In this document: positions 1 through 13,248 of the stretch, piece by piece
Position numbering within the stretch: position 1 is the stretch's first letter
Layout: each line of letters starts with the position of its first letter
Assembly: GCA_965644295.1 (NCBI GenBank)
Contig: CBFFRP010000088.1
Coordinates: 1 to 45,173 of the forward strand
From: Paraphysomonas bandaiensis
Taxonomy: Eukaryota > Protista > Chrysophyceae
Length of the DNA: 45,173 bases
Direction: 5' to 3'
Translations under genes and position numbers: made by a program
The notes under the pieces: model-generated
Told to the model about the DNA's origin: nothing
What the model saw: the letters and a program-made list of their open reading frames with translations, nothing else
Databases searched by the model: none

Positions 1-431
1 TATACAGGGAAGTGATGTACTAGGTACTAGACCCTAGACCAATACCACAATTTCAACTTAATACTACACACATTACACATTCATAATTTATTACCGCAGC
101 CTGTGAATAACGCGTTAAAACTGTCCACGCATTCCACTAGTGGGCTGTCGCTTCAAATTCATCAGAATGCTTGTTCTAAAGTACACCACTTACTTATGTC
201 ACATTTTTTCATTTTAAACGATTATTACATCTACATACTTGAAAACCCGAACAGACAAGTACACCTATAACTATAGATAATTCATTCGAAATATTAATAA
301 TAACTATACTGCAGGCACTATGCTTACCCAATCCAAGGATACACACCTCGAATCTTACAACAATATGTATTGAAGAGAAGTGTATCTCAAAATAGCATAC
401 ACATCGCTGAATTTCTCATTCGATCTGCAGA

Positions 432-886
432 TCAATTCGATCCAGTGGACTGCTGCGGCGCTCTGATGTCTATAATAACTGGCAAACACATATTAAATTC
501 CAGTCCATATACGCCCCTCCGCATATACAACAGAATACATGATACCACTACACAGTCGTTCATTAGCAAGAGTGACTATAAACCATTAGCGCACAGTCCA
601 AACATGCTCATATGGCATATACACAGTGATCTTACCATCCGCCAACGCCTCAGGATGCACTCCACTCTCCATAAGGTCTATGAGTACATCGATAGTGCGT
701 CTATCCAGCCCACAGTCCAATATCTTTGACATCTATCCACCCCCATATGCATGTATTAGAGTACAGTCACTGTATAGAGTGTATGTATGTATCTACCATA
801 TAGTACGCCTCGACTTCTTGTTTTCTAGTGGCTGTCTGTGTGTGTGAACCCGTATGAGATCTTGTATCGTCATGATCAACTGGCAT
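432..886 (-). CDS. MZT1: Mitotic-spindle organizing protein 1 (MOZART1, gamma-tubulin ring complex), 3 exons, 77 aa
   Basis: Not in ORF track. Hand-spliced exons 886-797, 732-636, 478-432 with GT-AG introns give MPVDHDDTRSHTGSHTQTATRKQEVEAYYM-MSKILDCGLDRRTIDVLIDLMESGVHPEALAD-VIIDIRAPQQSTGSN*. The core matches the MOZART1 pattern (S.LL..GLD......I.L.E.GV.PEALA.VI..IR). Confidence 0.88.
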
Positions 887-1077
887 GAGATGTATGATGT
901 AGAGGGAAGAGGATTAGAGGGGTTGGTGCTGGTGAGAGAAGTGCTGAGATGCTATCAGATCAACTGAGCGAAGAGTGGAACCAACTATACGCATAAACAA
1001 CAAACAACACTCACTGTATATACATACACATACATACATCCAATTCGAATAAACCCCATATACCGCATACCGTATAC

Positions 1078-1438
1078 GTATGTATGTATGTATGTATGTA
1101 TGTATGTATGTATGTATGTATGTATGTATGTATGTATGTATGTATGTATGTATGTATGTATGTATGTATGTATGTATGTATGTATGTATGTATGTATGTA
1201 TGTATGTATGTATGTATGTATGTATGTATGTATGTATGTATGTATGTATGTATGTATGTATGTATGTATGTATGTATGTATGTATGTATGTATGTATGTA
1301 TGTATGTATGTATGTATGTATGTATGTATGTATGTATGTATGTATGTATGTATGTATGTATGTATGTATGTATGTATGTATGTATGTATATATGTAGGTA
1401 TGTATGTATGTATGTATGTATGTATGTATGTATGTATG
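1078..1438. repeat. (TATG)n microsatellite, ~90 units, between divergent MZT1 and dehydratase genes
   Basis: Direct reading of the sequence. Confidence 0.99.
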
Positions 1439-1538
1439 GTCAGTGCAGGGTGTTCATGTATGTATATATTCATATGGCAGGTCGATCATAATCATAACTA
1501 TCACACCACTATCCAAACCCAACACTCTCCTATCCACA

Positions 1539-2573
1539 ATGTTAACTCTCCTTATCACTATTCTTATAGGCTCTGTATTACTAGTCACATTCTCTAATGT
1601 ACTGAACTACAAGCATAAGCTCCAGCAGACATCACCAAACAACTACACAGTCACGTCCCTCCCCTCTACCATCATCTTACTCATTAGTGTTATTACAAAA
1701 CTATTTACTAGTAAACCAAAAAAAACAAAGTTAACACCATTACGATATGAGTTGAATGATCAACAGATTCATAAGAATCATGTGGGCAGATATGCCAAAC
1801 TATGTGGGTTTAATGACCTCCCTGCAGGTGACTGTGAAGTGCCTTTGACATACCCTCAACTCCTTGGATTTCGTATGCAATTAATGCTATTCTTGGATAG
1901 TGCTTTTCCATTTCAGGCTATGGGTTTAGTGCATATCGCCAATCGTATTAAGCAGTTCAAGAAGATCACTACCGACATGAAGGTGAACGTTGTTGTTCGA
2001 TGCGAGGACACCCTACTTGTGCACCCTAAAGGGTTTTGCTTTGATGTGATATGCGAAATCTACTCGGCTGCCAATCCAAAGGATTTACTGTGGAGTAGCT
2101 CAAGCATCTATTTGTGTCGCAAGAAACACCGTGAAGATATGTCTGGACAACCCCAATACGAAAGCCTTATCAAAGATGCAGACTCTAGCGACATGAAAGA
2201 CGTCGCGGAATGGAAACTGAAGGGTGACCTCGGCCGCCGGTATGCATCGATCTCCGAGGATTATAATCCTATCCACATGTCCGCTGTAACCGCCTACTTC
2301 TTTGGATTCAGTAAGGGCTGCATTGCGCACGGACTTTGGACCTCAGCGCGCACCATGGGGCTTTTACAGACTACACACAACGTTTCCAACAAGCTTACAG
2401 GAAACGCCCATCTTGAGCTGTATGTGGAGTTTAAGCTGCCTATTTTCCTCCCGTCCGCAGTGGTTCTTGCTGATAAAGAGGATTCTGACGGAGGGCACAC
2501 GTTTCAGGTAGTGAGCGCAAAAAATAAGACAATTCCTCATATGAAAGGCTATTTCAAGGCGCATAAGAAATAA
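1539..2573 (+). CDS. MaoC-like (hot-dog fold) acyl dehydratase / (R)-enoyl-CoA hydratase with N-terminal hydrophobic anchor
   Basis: Hydratase-2-like motif YASISEDYNPIH, plus IAHGLW and EFKLPIFLPS. First plausible ATG after the microsatellite is 1539 (MLTLLITILIG...). Confidence 0.85.
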   Translation: MLTLLITILIGSVLLVTFSNVLNYKHKLQQTSPNNYTVTSLPSTIILLISVITKLFTSKPKKTKLTPLRYELNDQQIHKNHVGRYAKLCGFNDLPAGDCEVPLTYPQLLGFRMQLMLFLDSAFPFQAMGLVHIANRIKQFKKITTDMKVNVVVRCEDTLLVHPKGFCFDVICEIYSAANPKDLLWSSSSIYLCRKKHREDMSGQPQYESLIKDADSSDMKDVAEWKLKGDLGRRYASISEDYNPIHMSAVTAYFFGFSKGCIAHGLWTSARTMGLLQTTHNVSNKLTGNAHLELYVEFKLPIFLPSAVVLADKEDSDGGHTFQVVSAKNKTIPHMKGYFKAHKK

Positions 2574-4161
2574 TGAAGTATATATGCGAATAGAATGGCT
2601 ATGCCTAACATGATTCAACGTGATTTCGGATGTTTGGTTTCGGCATGCGTTTTTTCTAGGCAACATAACTCATAATGATTTCTTTTCCGTCCTATCGCCA
2701 CCACTGCGATTAGTTGCAAGCATTAGAACCATAAGTTAAAATCGGAGATGTAGTATGTAATGAGATTACTATACCCTATACCGCTACGTTTTGCGACCAC
2801 CCATATGTATCGTTAATTATCTTGTAAGATAAACTATGTAATCACGTAACAATCTCATATAGTAACACTAAAGTAGTACTGGTTTATGTCGTGGCCGTAG
2901 AGTCTTCAAAAGCTTTAAATGTAATTCTATCTCCTTAAAGTGGCTGAAATATTCATAACATCAATTTTGGTGGATCTCATCAAGTAAATAATTACGAATT
3001 TGAGTTTACCAATGATGAGATTGACTAGATCAAAATATTATTCACCTTCTAAAAGTTTCCACTCACAAATTAGCATCCTCTACTAATCAATAAACGATTT
3101 CAGATAACGTATATATTGAAAGTTTTAAGTTTTTAGGACTACATTGTACAATAGCTCTTTCTTTGCAATTGCAACTGCTGTTCACGGTTTGTGTGCAGTC
3201 AGTACAAAGAAAAGTTATACCCGGTGTAATACTCCGGGTTAGGTCAAATTCGCTCTACTGAATAATATCTTTCAACCTTATTGATTGTAGCATGCAAGTG
3301 CATCATGCTGCGGTAATAAGTTTGCTAGTTAAGGCACTCCTAACCATATTGGCTTCAACACAGTAGCGTCAGCCGGAAACGGAATACAAAATAAAAACTT
3401 ATTATTTAAATCATGAACTGCTCGATCGCAAAGACTATGAACTGCATAAAATTTCCAACTACTGATTCTTTATTTTAACTTCTACCAGTCCAATATACTA
3501 GGTAACATATCAAATGTCGCCACCTATGAAAGCAACATTAAACTAAAAGTCGAAATAATGTCTACTACTACAAACCTACATGAGGGCATGATAGCTAGTA
3601 ATTTCAAAGTTTCATATAGCTTGGCCTAATTATGCACTACTGAAGTCGTCATATATTGTCCAGAACTCAAAATTTTAAAACAAGGGCAAAAAGCCCTCGT
3701 TTTAAAATTTAAACAAGGGACGATAATCCTTATCCTTAGGTTTAGTATTAGCTTATTCTCATGATGTTGAAAACTTAATATAGATTGTATAGCTACCAGT
3801 ACCTTCCTTGCTTTAAAAAGAAATAGTAGGTGCTTCCTGACTAACATTAAGAAAACAAATGAGAGTTCATATTGTTTCAAATGAACGGTATGTATATACT
3901 GTATGCTTCGGGAATAGCAATTGCACTATAGATTAAAAAATCCATATATAGTAGCTACAACAAATGCACTCCTACCACAGAATGAGACAATGTACTGTAG
4001 TCAGGCCTGGATGGTAAACTCTTGCTTCGATTTATTATTTTCACGAAGCCAATTCCACCATATGACTAGGTTCAAATACTATACTTTTATGATAATACTT
4101 AGAAGTCAATACTAAACCTAATTATATCTACCATAATATTCACACGGTATGTCAAATTTGC

Positions 4162-5483
4162 TTAATTCTTCTCTACAGCTACATCACGTTGTCCGCCACT
4201 TGCATTTGCTAGCCATGGCTTTGGGTGGTCAGAATCGAACCGACATACATCCATCCCACGCTTTACCGCCGGTCTTTCCCATATTCTGTCAGCCCATTCC
4301 ACTACACGTGGATATGACTCCTCAATTGAAAGAAATTTTGCGGCCGCCACTCCTATTAATCACGTCTCATTATTACGTGAATGATCAAATCATCATTCTC
4401 ACACAGACACGAGCCATTACCTGATGGGTGAATATAGCCCGTACGCAGTTGGTTAAACCAGGGAAATATCGCCATATCGGCGATGGAGTACTCATTCCCA
4501 ACCATGTACATTCTACCACCATTTTCGCTCAAATGCATGTCGAGAACGGAGCATAATCGTTTGACCTCCATGCCATACCTTGCAACGCCATAGTTGCGAG
4601 CTTCTACGGCTTCAGCTGCTCAAATATTGGATAGGTAAAGAACAAAACGATAGTGAATATAATATGAAGAATACAATAAAAAAACATTACCAGGGGCGTA
4701 TACAAAGAAGTGTCCAAAGTTTCCTGTCATTGGTCCTTGTCCAGCCATTTGCCAGAAGAGCCAGTTCATGACCTCAGCTCTGTTGGCACCTTGCTCTTGT
4801 GAAGGCACAAAGCGCTTGAATTTATCCGCAAAGTATAGCATAATGGAACCTACTCAACATGAATCATTTGTAAATAGGAGGCGGAGGAGTATCTCTACCT
4901 GATTCAAACAGACGGACCTCTTGTCCACCTGGACCATCCCTATCTATCGCTGCTGGAATCTTTGAGTTTGGATTGACCGCAACAAAACCAGAATCAAATT
5001 GTGATCCTCTCAGACTGATTTCTATTACACAACATCACATAAGGGCCCTCTATATGTATATATATATATATATGTGCATGTAAATACGAATAGAGTATGT
5101 ATATACATATAAGTATACCTATGTATGTATATGTGTGTGTACATCTATGTATCTATGCGTATATATATGTGTATGCAAGCGTATGTACGTGTATGTTACG
5201 TACTATGAGCGTCATAGTCAGCTTGAAGTTCTTCTAGAAGTATAGAAGGCTTCATACCATTCGGAGTAGCAATCGAATAGTACTGTATAGGGGCACTTCC
5301 AGTGGGTAACTCCGCTGTGGATCTTGCCCCTGCATGAGGGGAATTTAATCCTTGAAATTTATTCCCGTCTGTTGCTGTATAGAGACTGTCTATCCTCTGA
5401 GGGGGACACCACTCACTGTACATGCGGGTTATGCGGGTAGGACATGGATGATATCTGCGGAATGTATGGAATGAACTCCTCAT
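4162..5483 (-). CDS. Glutathione S-transferase, YghU/YfcG (nu-class) GSH-dependent disulfide oxidoreductase, 5 exons, probable mitochondrial presequence
   Basis: Exons 5483-5204, 5021-4899, 4849-4691, 4615-4421, 4352-4162 splice in frame. Motifs YSIATPNG, GSQFDSGFVAVNPNSKIPA, LFESGSIMLYFADKF, WLFWQMAGQGP, YSIADMAIFPW, RPAVKRG. Arg/Ser-rich, acid-free N-terminus. Confidence 0.92.
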
Positions 5484-6037
5484 ATTATTAATGTAGTGTG
5501 TGATGTACAGGCTAGAGATGGATGTGTGTATCTACTGGGAGCTAGATGCATCTATGTATGTATGTATATCTATGTGTGTCTGTGTGTATGTATGTAGGGG
5601 CTTTCTTTCGTTAGAGTGACGTTAGATAAGAAATATCCTGTAGAATATTAACATATGACACATACCGTAGGGAGGAAGATATTGGTATGTAGAATATGGT
5701 ATACATAACTTCTAAGGATTCTGATGTTAAAAAAACAATATATGTTAGAGAAAACTGGGATTTTGTGGGAATTATTAGTAATTATTCACTTTCTTTTCTA
5801 GCATAAAATTGGACATTTTGGGTAAAGTAACCAAAATATTGACAGAAGTGTGATGAAGTGAAGTCCATATCCAGCATTTCGTATTCGAAATTTAAATCGA
5901 CTCTCCTCTACAAATAGATGCATCAGCTCTCATATATATATATATGTATGTATGTATAGTATAGTTAATCGAGTGGTAACACACACATACATACACGCTC
6001 ATAGAACTAACCCTTTACTCCTATTTCGACACCTAAG

Positions 6038-7572
6038 ATGTCCTCCCCTGAGCATTCCGAACCTCCCTCGGAATCATCAAACCCTGAATCCAAACCCCTT
6101 CAAGATGATCGTGTAAACACTATGCTACCTACAAGTAGAAATCAACGGAGTCCGTCATCTCCGGTTTCTAATACACCGGATGTCCCTGGACACAACGGTC
6201 GTTTATATGATCCATTATTACCATCAATTCAAGATGATCCACGTGATGGTAAAACCATTAAAACGAAAGGTGCCGGACGGAATACAGAAAGTTTTGATCC
6301 CAAATCAACCCTTATACGTCCACATATGCGTGTAATAGTTGGTCCAAATACAGAACAGTATAATGGTGTATTAAAACATGATGATGTTGTTATTGTCCCT
6401 GAATTTTTTTGTAAACATGATGATTGGAGTATATACTATAAACTAGTAGAAGAAATGCGGCATGTACAAAGTACTGGTGAAAAGAAATCAGAATGGATTA
6501 GTTGGCATGAAGGTGCTCATTTAATTACACAAAATCCTAATGGTTCATCTACTTATCATACCATACAGCAGCGTATAAGTCAATACTTTAATATATCAAT
6601 GAATTCAGTGGGAACTAGATTTAACTGGTATCGAGATAGTTCTGATTGGAAACCATTTCATCATGATTCAGCTGCATATAATCCCATGAGAGCAAAGAAT
6701 CAGAATATAACGGTTGGAGTTAGTTTTGGAGCTACTCGTGAATTGGCATTTTTGAATGCAAAAGATGGTACCAGAATCTATTTCCCTCAGGTGACCATAC
6801 CATGATATGTGTATGATGATATGTGTATGATGATATGTGTATGGTGATAAGTGTATCATGGTGTGTGGACGTGTATATGTATGATGATATGCGTATGATA
6901 TCTATATGTACAGTATATATATTCATACCTCTGTGTATATATGTGCTTACAGATGTATATATATGCCGTATACCTGCAGAGTCTGAATTGTATAGTGATG
7001 TGCTTTGTTACCAACTAAAATAACAATTTATACTGACGCAGACGAATGGTATGATGTTTAGCTTTGGTCGTGATGTGAATATATTGTGGAAGCACGGCGT
7101 TAATGCTCTACCTGAAAATGAAAAAGATGGCAAGGGCCGTGTGTCCATCATCCTGTGGGGACTATGTCCAGACGTGGTAGAAGAGGATGGCTCTCCACCA
7201 ATGGTTAATAACGGAGATAATTTTGGGGGTCGTCGGGGAGATAAAGGTCGAGGTGGTGGTCGACCCAGAGAACGCAGCCGCGAAAGAGGACGTGAGCGAG
7301 GTCCGCCACATCGTGATATGGGCGAGCCCAGACACTACCGGGAAAGAAGTCGGGATCGCAGCCGAGGTCGCAGCAGGGAGAGAGGACGGGATTCGCGTTC
7401 TAATGGGTGGGGTGATGCTTCAAGGGAGCAGGGATACAGGGATAGTGGGCGAGGTAGAGAGTCTGATTACCGTGGTAGCAGGAGAGATGGTATGTCTGGT
7501 GACCAAGTGGTTTGCAGGGACTTCGCACGTGGTGACTGTCGCTATGGCGATCGCTGTCGGTTTAAGCATTAA
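6038..7572 (+). CDS. AlkB-like 2OG-Fe(II) dioxygenase with RS/RD-rich region and C-terminal CCCH zinc finger, 2 exons
   Basis: Exons 6038-6790 and 7042-7572. Motifs RFNWY, PFHHDS (HxD), GVSFGATREL, WKHGV (distal His), GRVSI (2OG Arg), and CRDFARGDCRYGDRCRFKH (C-x7-C-x5-C-x3-H). Confidence 0.82.
6802..6900. repeat. Degenerate ~14-bp minisatellite (ATGATATGTGTATG) in intron
   Basis: Direct reading; about 3 near-perfect units and further degenerate ones. Confidence 0.7.
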
Positions 7573-8308
7573 ATATTAAATCAGATTATTTATCATCTGT
7601 GGCTGTAGAAAAGGTAGACTAGTCTCTTGTAATTCTCAGTAAGAATAAACAGATTATATTTCCGAACAGTTACAGTTGTTCCTACTGCATGCCAATGCAG
7701 AATGCAGTATCCCAAGTGTCAACATTTAGAGTACTATTCATTCAGATTCACTAATGCACTTACACCTTTCAACTTTCAACATATATTACACATATTGAAA
7801 GTCTTATTATTAGCAATAGGCGTTAAAAACCTGCACAAACTTAGTAGCTAGATGAATGCTAGACAAACTAGTTAGACCTCTACCTGTAACTTATCAGTAC
7901 ACACTTTGTTATCCTACTATTTAACGCTCTATCGGTTCTAATGTTCTAATACTCCTTTCAATTTTATCTAGTACTATTGACATTACTTTATGTGGAATTC
8001 TCTTCAATGCTACTTCAACTGCATAAGAAGTAGCACCTCTCACTGTATTATAACTTATGTCAAATGATATTGCATTTGTACATTGTTATCGTAATACCAT
8101 ACTTGCTCTTTGTTATCAGTAATCTATTTGCACGTATATAAGAAATACTATAGTTCATAATATTCTCTTGGCATAAAATATAAATTTCTTTGAAATTCCA
8201 TGGGTATCACACTTAAGGCACAAATTTTATATCTTACAATATATATACCAGAGTTATCATTCTCCCAAAAAATATTGACGTGGTTAACATGTATTCACTT
8301 CACAAAAA

Positions 8309-10431
8309 TTAAGTTATAATACGGCCATGTAAATCTCTAAATTGCCCATGCTCCGACTTATAGGGTCGCAATATTTTGACTTGCATACTGAGCCTCCTCA
8401 GTTCATCTGATGCAGCTTGAAGCTTTTGCTGCTTTCTGTTCATCGCGTTTTTAGCGTCTCGAATAGCCGTCGGTACTCCCCAGAACTTGTCAATCTTCGT
8501 TTGCATCTCTTCCTCTGCACTCATATCTTGCCTCTCTCTCTCAATTTCTCTGCATTCATGTTCATAGTATCGCATCCTCCATGACCTCCTATCCTCACCA
8601 CACATGTCCTTGCGCGCCTTAGCCTCCTCTCTGGCCAACCGTGCTGCCCGTCTTGCATCTCTCGCCTCTTTCCGTGCAATGAGACGGTCTTCCTCTGCCT
8701 GTTCCGCCTCCCGTAGACGTTGTTTTTCTTTCCTACCAAACTGATAAAATTTGTCAGCTACAAACTGATTAAGTTCTGCAGTCTCTTTTGCGCGGGCTTT
8801 TGCGGCAGCTCGTTCTTCGGCTGCAACCCGGTCGAGATGCAGTTTGTGTAGGTATTGGGACTGCTGCTTCCACATCGTTAGCTCGGCAGTTCGAATGTCA
8901 GGAGAGAAGTCACCAGTACCAAACCGCTGCATGAAAGCCTTACGAAAACATGAAGCAAAATTCATTATATATATACCTTAGTAACTGCAACAGGATCCAC
9001 AGGTAGATCCCCACCTTTACCACCATATGCCGTCAGCCTCCATGAGTGCGGGTGCTCCCTGACGGGTGGACACGGATTTGAGGGACCAAACCGTGGCATC
9101 CACTTTAGCTCTGCGTAGTCAAACCTATTCTTGTTGCGAGTGCGCTGAGTCATGTCCTCGTGCTGTACCCATGACTTGTCGACAGATAATGCAAGGTTAA
9201 GAGTTTTGTTTTTCTCCTCTTGTTCCTCTTGAAAAGCCATATCTTTTGCGATTGCTTCTTCAATTTGCTGTTCCTCACGTTTTTCCTGCGCATATCCTTC
9301 TCTCTGGGTCTTCAGTGCGCGCATTGCCCACTCTCTCGCTCGTCGACGAACTTGTTCTTTTGCCAGCCGACCTACAATAACGATCGTCACCTTGACATCT
9401 CAACTTACATTTACAGTGTCGTTTCGTCTTCGATGAAGTAATACTAATATTAGCAGTAACAAATTATGATACCTACCGGTAAGCTCTGCACGCCGGCGTT
9501 CCTCTGCCCTTATCTCCGTCACCATTTCTTTTTTTGCGTATCCTTCCAAGTGATGAATAGGTTCAAACCTTAATATATGATATTAAAGGACTACATGTCT
9601 GCATGAAAATATTACTAACCTGGCGACATTAGAGTTCGCGGCATGCACCTCATGTAGACACGTGTCGCATATTCGTACAAGATCAACAATCTCCTTCCGC
9701 CACATAATAACACCCCGTTCATAATTGAAAGTATACAATCCTCCATCATTATCAGCACGCCATACATCTGCTTTCTCATATTGTGAGGCCATTCCTGGAA
9801 TATTAGCGTGTATTTCATCAACTTGTGAATTATGCAGCCGGTATTCCATTGCATATAATCGTTTTGAGCGACATAATCGGCAATGTTTTGCTAATGGTTC
9901 ATCTGATAGATTAATAACAACATCCAACTCTTCAATCGTTAATTCATGGATCAATTCGAGCATTAATGTGAGCTCTTTTTTATCTAAATAATAAGCCAAT
10001 TCCATCAATTTATATACTAAATCATATGAAATCACTGTTAATAAATCAGATAAATGTTTTTCTTTTAAATGACAACAGAAATAAAAGAATAATGGACGAC
10101 GTGATACATCTAGTTGAATGGTATAGTTAATGAAGGTTTCAATGTACTGTTTGACTGTATTCAGTGTGGTTAATACAATCGTACAGTATTCTAACGTATA
10201 ATCAAGTGAATCAAGGATTTTATAGAGATTTATACGTGTATTTAAGGTTAAACCAGCTACTACTGGAGCGTATTCATCTTGTATTTCAAGGGGTATGTTC
10301 TCTATGCAAGTTTCCCATATATCACTCTCGTGACTCATACTGGAGTCGTTATCATACACACCACTGCTTGAATTGGGATGAGAGAGTATGTGTGATGGAA
10401 GAGAGGAACGAGCAAGAGGTGAGAATGACAT
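8309..10431 (-). CDS. Uncharacterised protein with long charged coiled-coil C-terminal half, 4 exons
   Basis: Exons 10431-9620, 9568-9477, 9371-8977, 8938-8309 join in frame via GT-AG introns, one of only 38 nt. E/R/K/A-rich helices and two CxxC pairs (HCRLC, ICDTC). Confidence 0.72.
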
Positions 10432-10927
10432 GATGATGAATATGGGTTTAATTGTGTTGCATTATATGGACTTTAACAGATGTATACATCTCATCTATGT
10501 ATGTATATATGAAACAACTGCTCTGCTCTAGAGGGGACCTTAACAGTTCGTTTTTTTGTATTGGACAAAATTGTATTATTATTATTTTTACAGGAGTATG
10601 GTATAGGAAAATATTTTCTACAGGTAATTTTACAGAAAAAAGATATTACAAAAAATTAGTCATTCAAAACCGATGTATGTTAAGAGTATGATATACAGGT
10701 ACGAAAGTGGTAGGTAGGTACAGGTATAATGTACATACAGCAGTACAATGCTACAGCAGTACGCAACAGTTACTGTTACTCTCTACATGTACATGTTTAT
10801 GTATAGAAACTATCGTAGCAACCACTCTACACTCTCACAGCTGTGTTCCATTGATATTCTACATTCTACCCTCCATTACTAACTCCATCTACCGACAAAA
10901 CGATGCAATTAACACACTGATAACACC

Positions 10928-11614
10928 ATGACTAGCCAATATACCCCCCCTGCAATAACTCTAAAGCATGAGCTCGTTCAGTCCACCGACATGGATCGAA
11001 GGAAAAGCAACCCATTAGGCGATACTTTTAAGTTAACAGTATCATCACATGAAGTTGATCGACCTACTACTGGAATTGTTGCTACGGAGTCACTTATAAT
11101 GCACCCGCCATCATATTCTGATTTCTTTATTGACGGTAAGAGTGCTGGTGAAGTGGATGATGTCTCGATATTAGAAGATTGGCTCTTACATATAGATGAT
11201 CTTATGGATAAGGCGAAAACAGAACCAGGTGGGATATTGACTTATATGTTTGTGAAATTTAACAGGCTTGTAGGTCTTGAGGTGGATGATTTTGATATAG
11301 CAATGCTCTGGATTCGTAAATCAACCATATTCTGCACATTAGGCCGGTATGTTGAGGCGAAGGAATGTGCACAAAAGAGTCGGTCCATAAAGGAAAGTCC
11401 GATGGGGTTATATCGACTAGCATGCGCACAATACTGCCTTAATGAATTCGATTCGGCGCTAAGCACTCTATTAGAGGCCAACGATATGGATGGTAGCAAT
11501 AAGTATATTGAACGTGCTCTGCATGTTGTTATTGCACGAATGAAAAGTAGGAAAGATAGACCAGATGTGAAGGACGAAGATGAAGAAGATGATGACGACT
11601 TCTTTAATACATAG
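10928..11614 (+). CDS. TPR-repeat protein with acidic C-terminal tail
   Basis: TPR-like helices LWIRKSTIFCTLGRYVEAKECAQKS and GLYRLACAQYCLNEFDSALSTLLEA. Confidence 0.75.
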   Translation: MTSQYTPPAITLKHELVQSTDMDRRKSNPLGDTFKLTVSSHEVDRPTTGIVATESLIMHPPSYSDFFIDGKSAGEVDDVSILEDWLLHIDDLMDKAKTEPGGILTYMFVKFNRLVGLEVDDFDIAMLWIRKSTIFCTLGRYVEAKECAQKSRSIKESPMGLYRLACAQYCLNEFDSALSTLLEANDMDGSNKYIERALHVVIARMKSRKDRPDVKDEDEEDDDDFFNT

Positions 11615-12689
11615 TACTTTTCTTGTGTGTCATATTATTTGCTAATGTCATGGCTTCTACTATGTTCGATGTTATTAGGTATTTGATCGTGGGTTATGTA
11701 TGTATCCGAACTCATCTTCTGACGTTGTGTTACTTAGTGTACTCCGTTCCAAGTCTAGCAGTTTGTCTACTGCAATTTTCTAAATATTAATAATGACACT
11801 TAGTAATATTAGTAATTATCATTATCATGAGACCAGAATTTGCTTGGTTGTATTATCCTCGGCCTTAACTATAGTACCCACAAGTTTGGCTGGTTAGAAA
11901 CCTAATTGGAATAAATCTATTCATAAACAATAGTGTTCATACTTCGGTAAACATTGAGAATATAATATATTAAAAAGATGTCTTGAACAGGGTAATCATA
12001 ATAGTCAACAACTCGAACTGCTTAATCAGTAGAAAAATAGATAACGCGCCCGCAGATATATCTTCATGACTAGAGATCTAAAATGGAATCTACGCAACTG
12101 TTTAACTACTGAATAACAATACTACCATATTGCAATATATCGTTGGGTCGATTTAAGAACGCCACTAATATTATTAGTGAGACACATTCTATAACAATAG
12201 TTTCGCAATATGTTGTTCCCTAACCCAGGCTCACATCATCGAGGTGAATCCCTACATATCGTAATATTCTGGTATGCATCATTAATACCATCCACCAATT
12301 CATTCAGTCGAGATACGCTTATAGTGTCATTGTAATGGGCTCCTTTTGTAGAGGCTCGTCACCATCATCGGGAGCAATGATCCACACAAGGCCCCTATAA
12401 CGACATTCATCACGATGCTTCGAATGATACGGACACCCCCCTCTGCGGCCAAGAGGACCACGTCAGTGGCGATCACCTGCTCCTGAAGGTTCATAACTTT
12501 TCCACGTACACTCTCAGCTGTCTTCTACCGGAGTGTGGTTTTGTCTCATGATGGAAGCATATTCTTCAGAACTGACTTCTAATTCAATCAATCATATGAT
12601 GTTATGAACGTCAATGGATTCCAGCAATCTTATATGCTGAGTCTGGCTGACTGACTGACTACTCGTTGCATGACTATGATACTATCGTT

Positions 12690-13246
12690 GAATGTTGAAG
12701 AAGTAAGACTAGAAGTTGAAGAGGAGAAACGCAAGGCTGAAAAGGAGTGGGAATATATCCTTATTAGATCTGCGCTTATGCTCTTCAACTTCGTGTCTAA
12801 ACCTTTCGAATTATTTCACCATAAGTGCTTCATCTCGTTTCGAAATATACATATATACATAGTTATATATATACAGAGAATACTCTGTGAAGTATTAAGT
12901 CGACACCTCCGTTCGTACTAGAGGCACCATACCCATGGATAGACAGAACTGAGAGCCACCTTATACAGAACTTTTTTTCTTTTGCTGTTGGCGCCGAGCG
13001 TTGGCGCCGAGAAAAACGATAGCGCACCACAAAACATGATCGTTGGAGGTAAGAGTGTACCCATTCCATTGTCTATTGTGGTGTCTCTGTATATCTACAG
13101 GCTGCTGCATTTGATGGTTGATCCTGAAGCACAAGCGCATTGGACAGCTTGTATGACTCCATTGGATCGTTGCGAATTAGATCAACCGAACCACACAAAC
13201 CCCCTTGACGTGTTGGCTCAATTGTACAACGATCTCAAAAGATACA
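12690..13246 (+). pseudogene. Degenerate spliced gene fragment (possibly TE-associated protein), truncated at the pogo insertion
   Basis: Splice GAG|gtaag (~13048) to ctacag|G (~13100) joins ...RTTKHDRWR-LLHLMVDPEAQAHWTACMTPLDRCELD...; in-frame stops upstream. Confidence 0.35.
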
Positions 13247-13248
13247 TA

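Noticed and set aside
370-847. Plus-strand ORFs of 119 and 73 aa
   Set aside because: Antisense shadows of the spliced MZT1 gene
985-1597. MYVC/YIHT-repeat ORFs (also at 14642-15056 and 23950-24312)
   Set aside because: Translations of stop-free (TATG)n microsatellites, not proteins
12328-12495. 55-aa hydrophobic minus-strand ORF (MNLQEQVIATD...)
   Set aside because: Short, no recognisable family, and in a degenerate region
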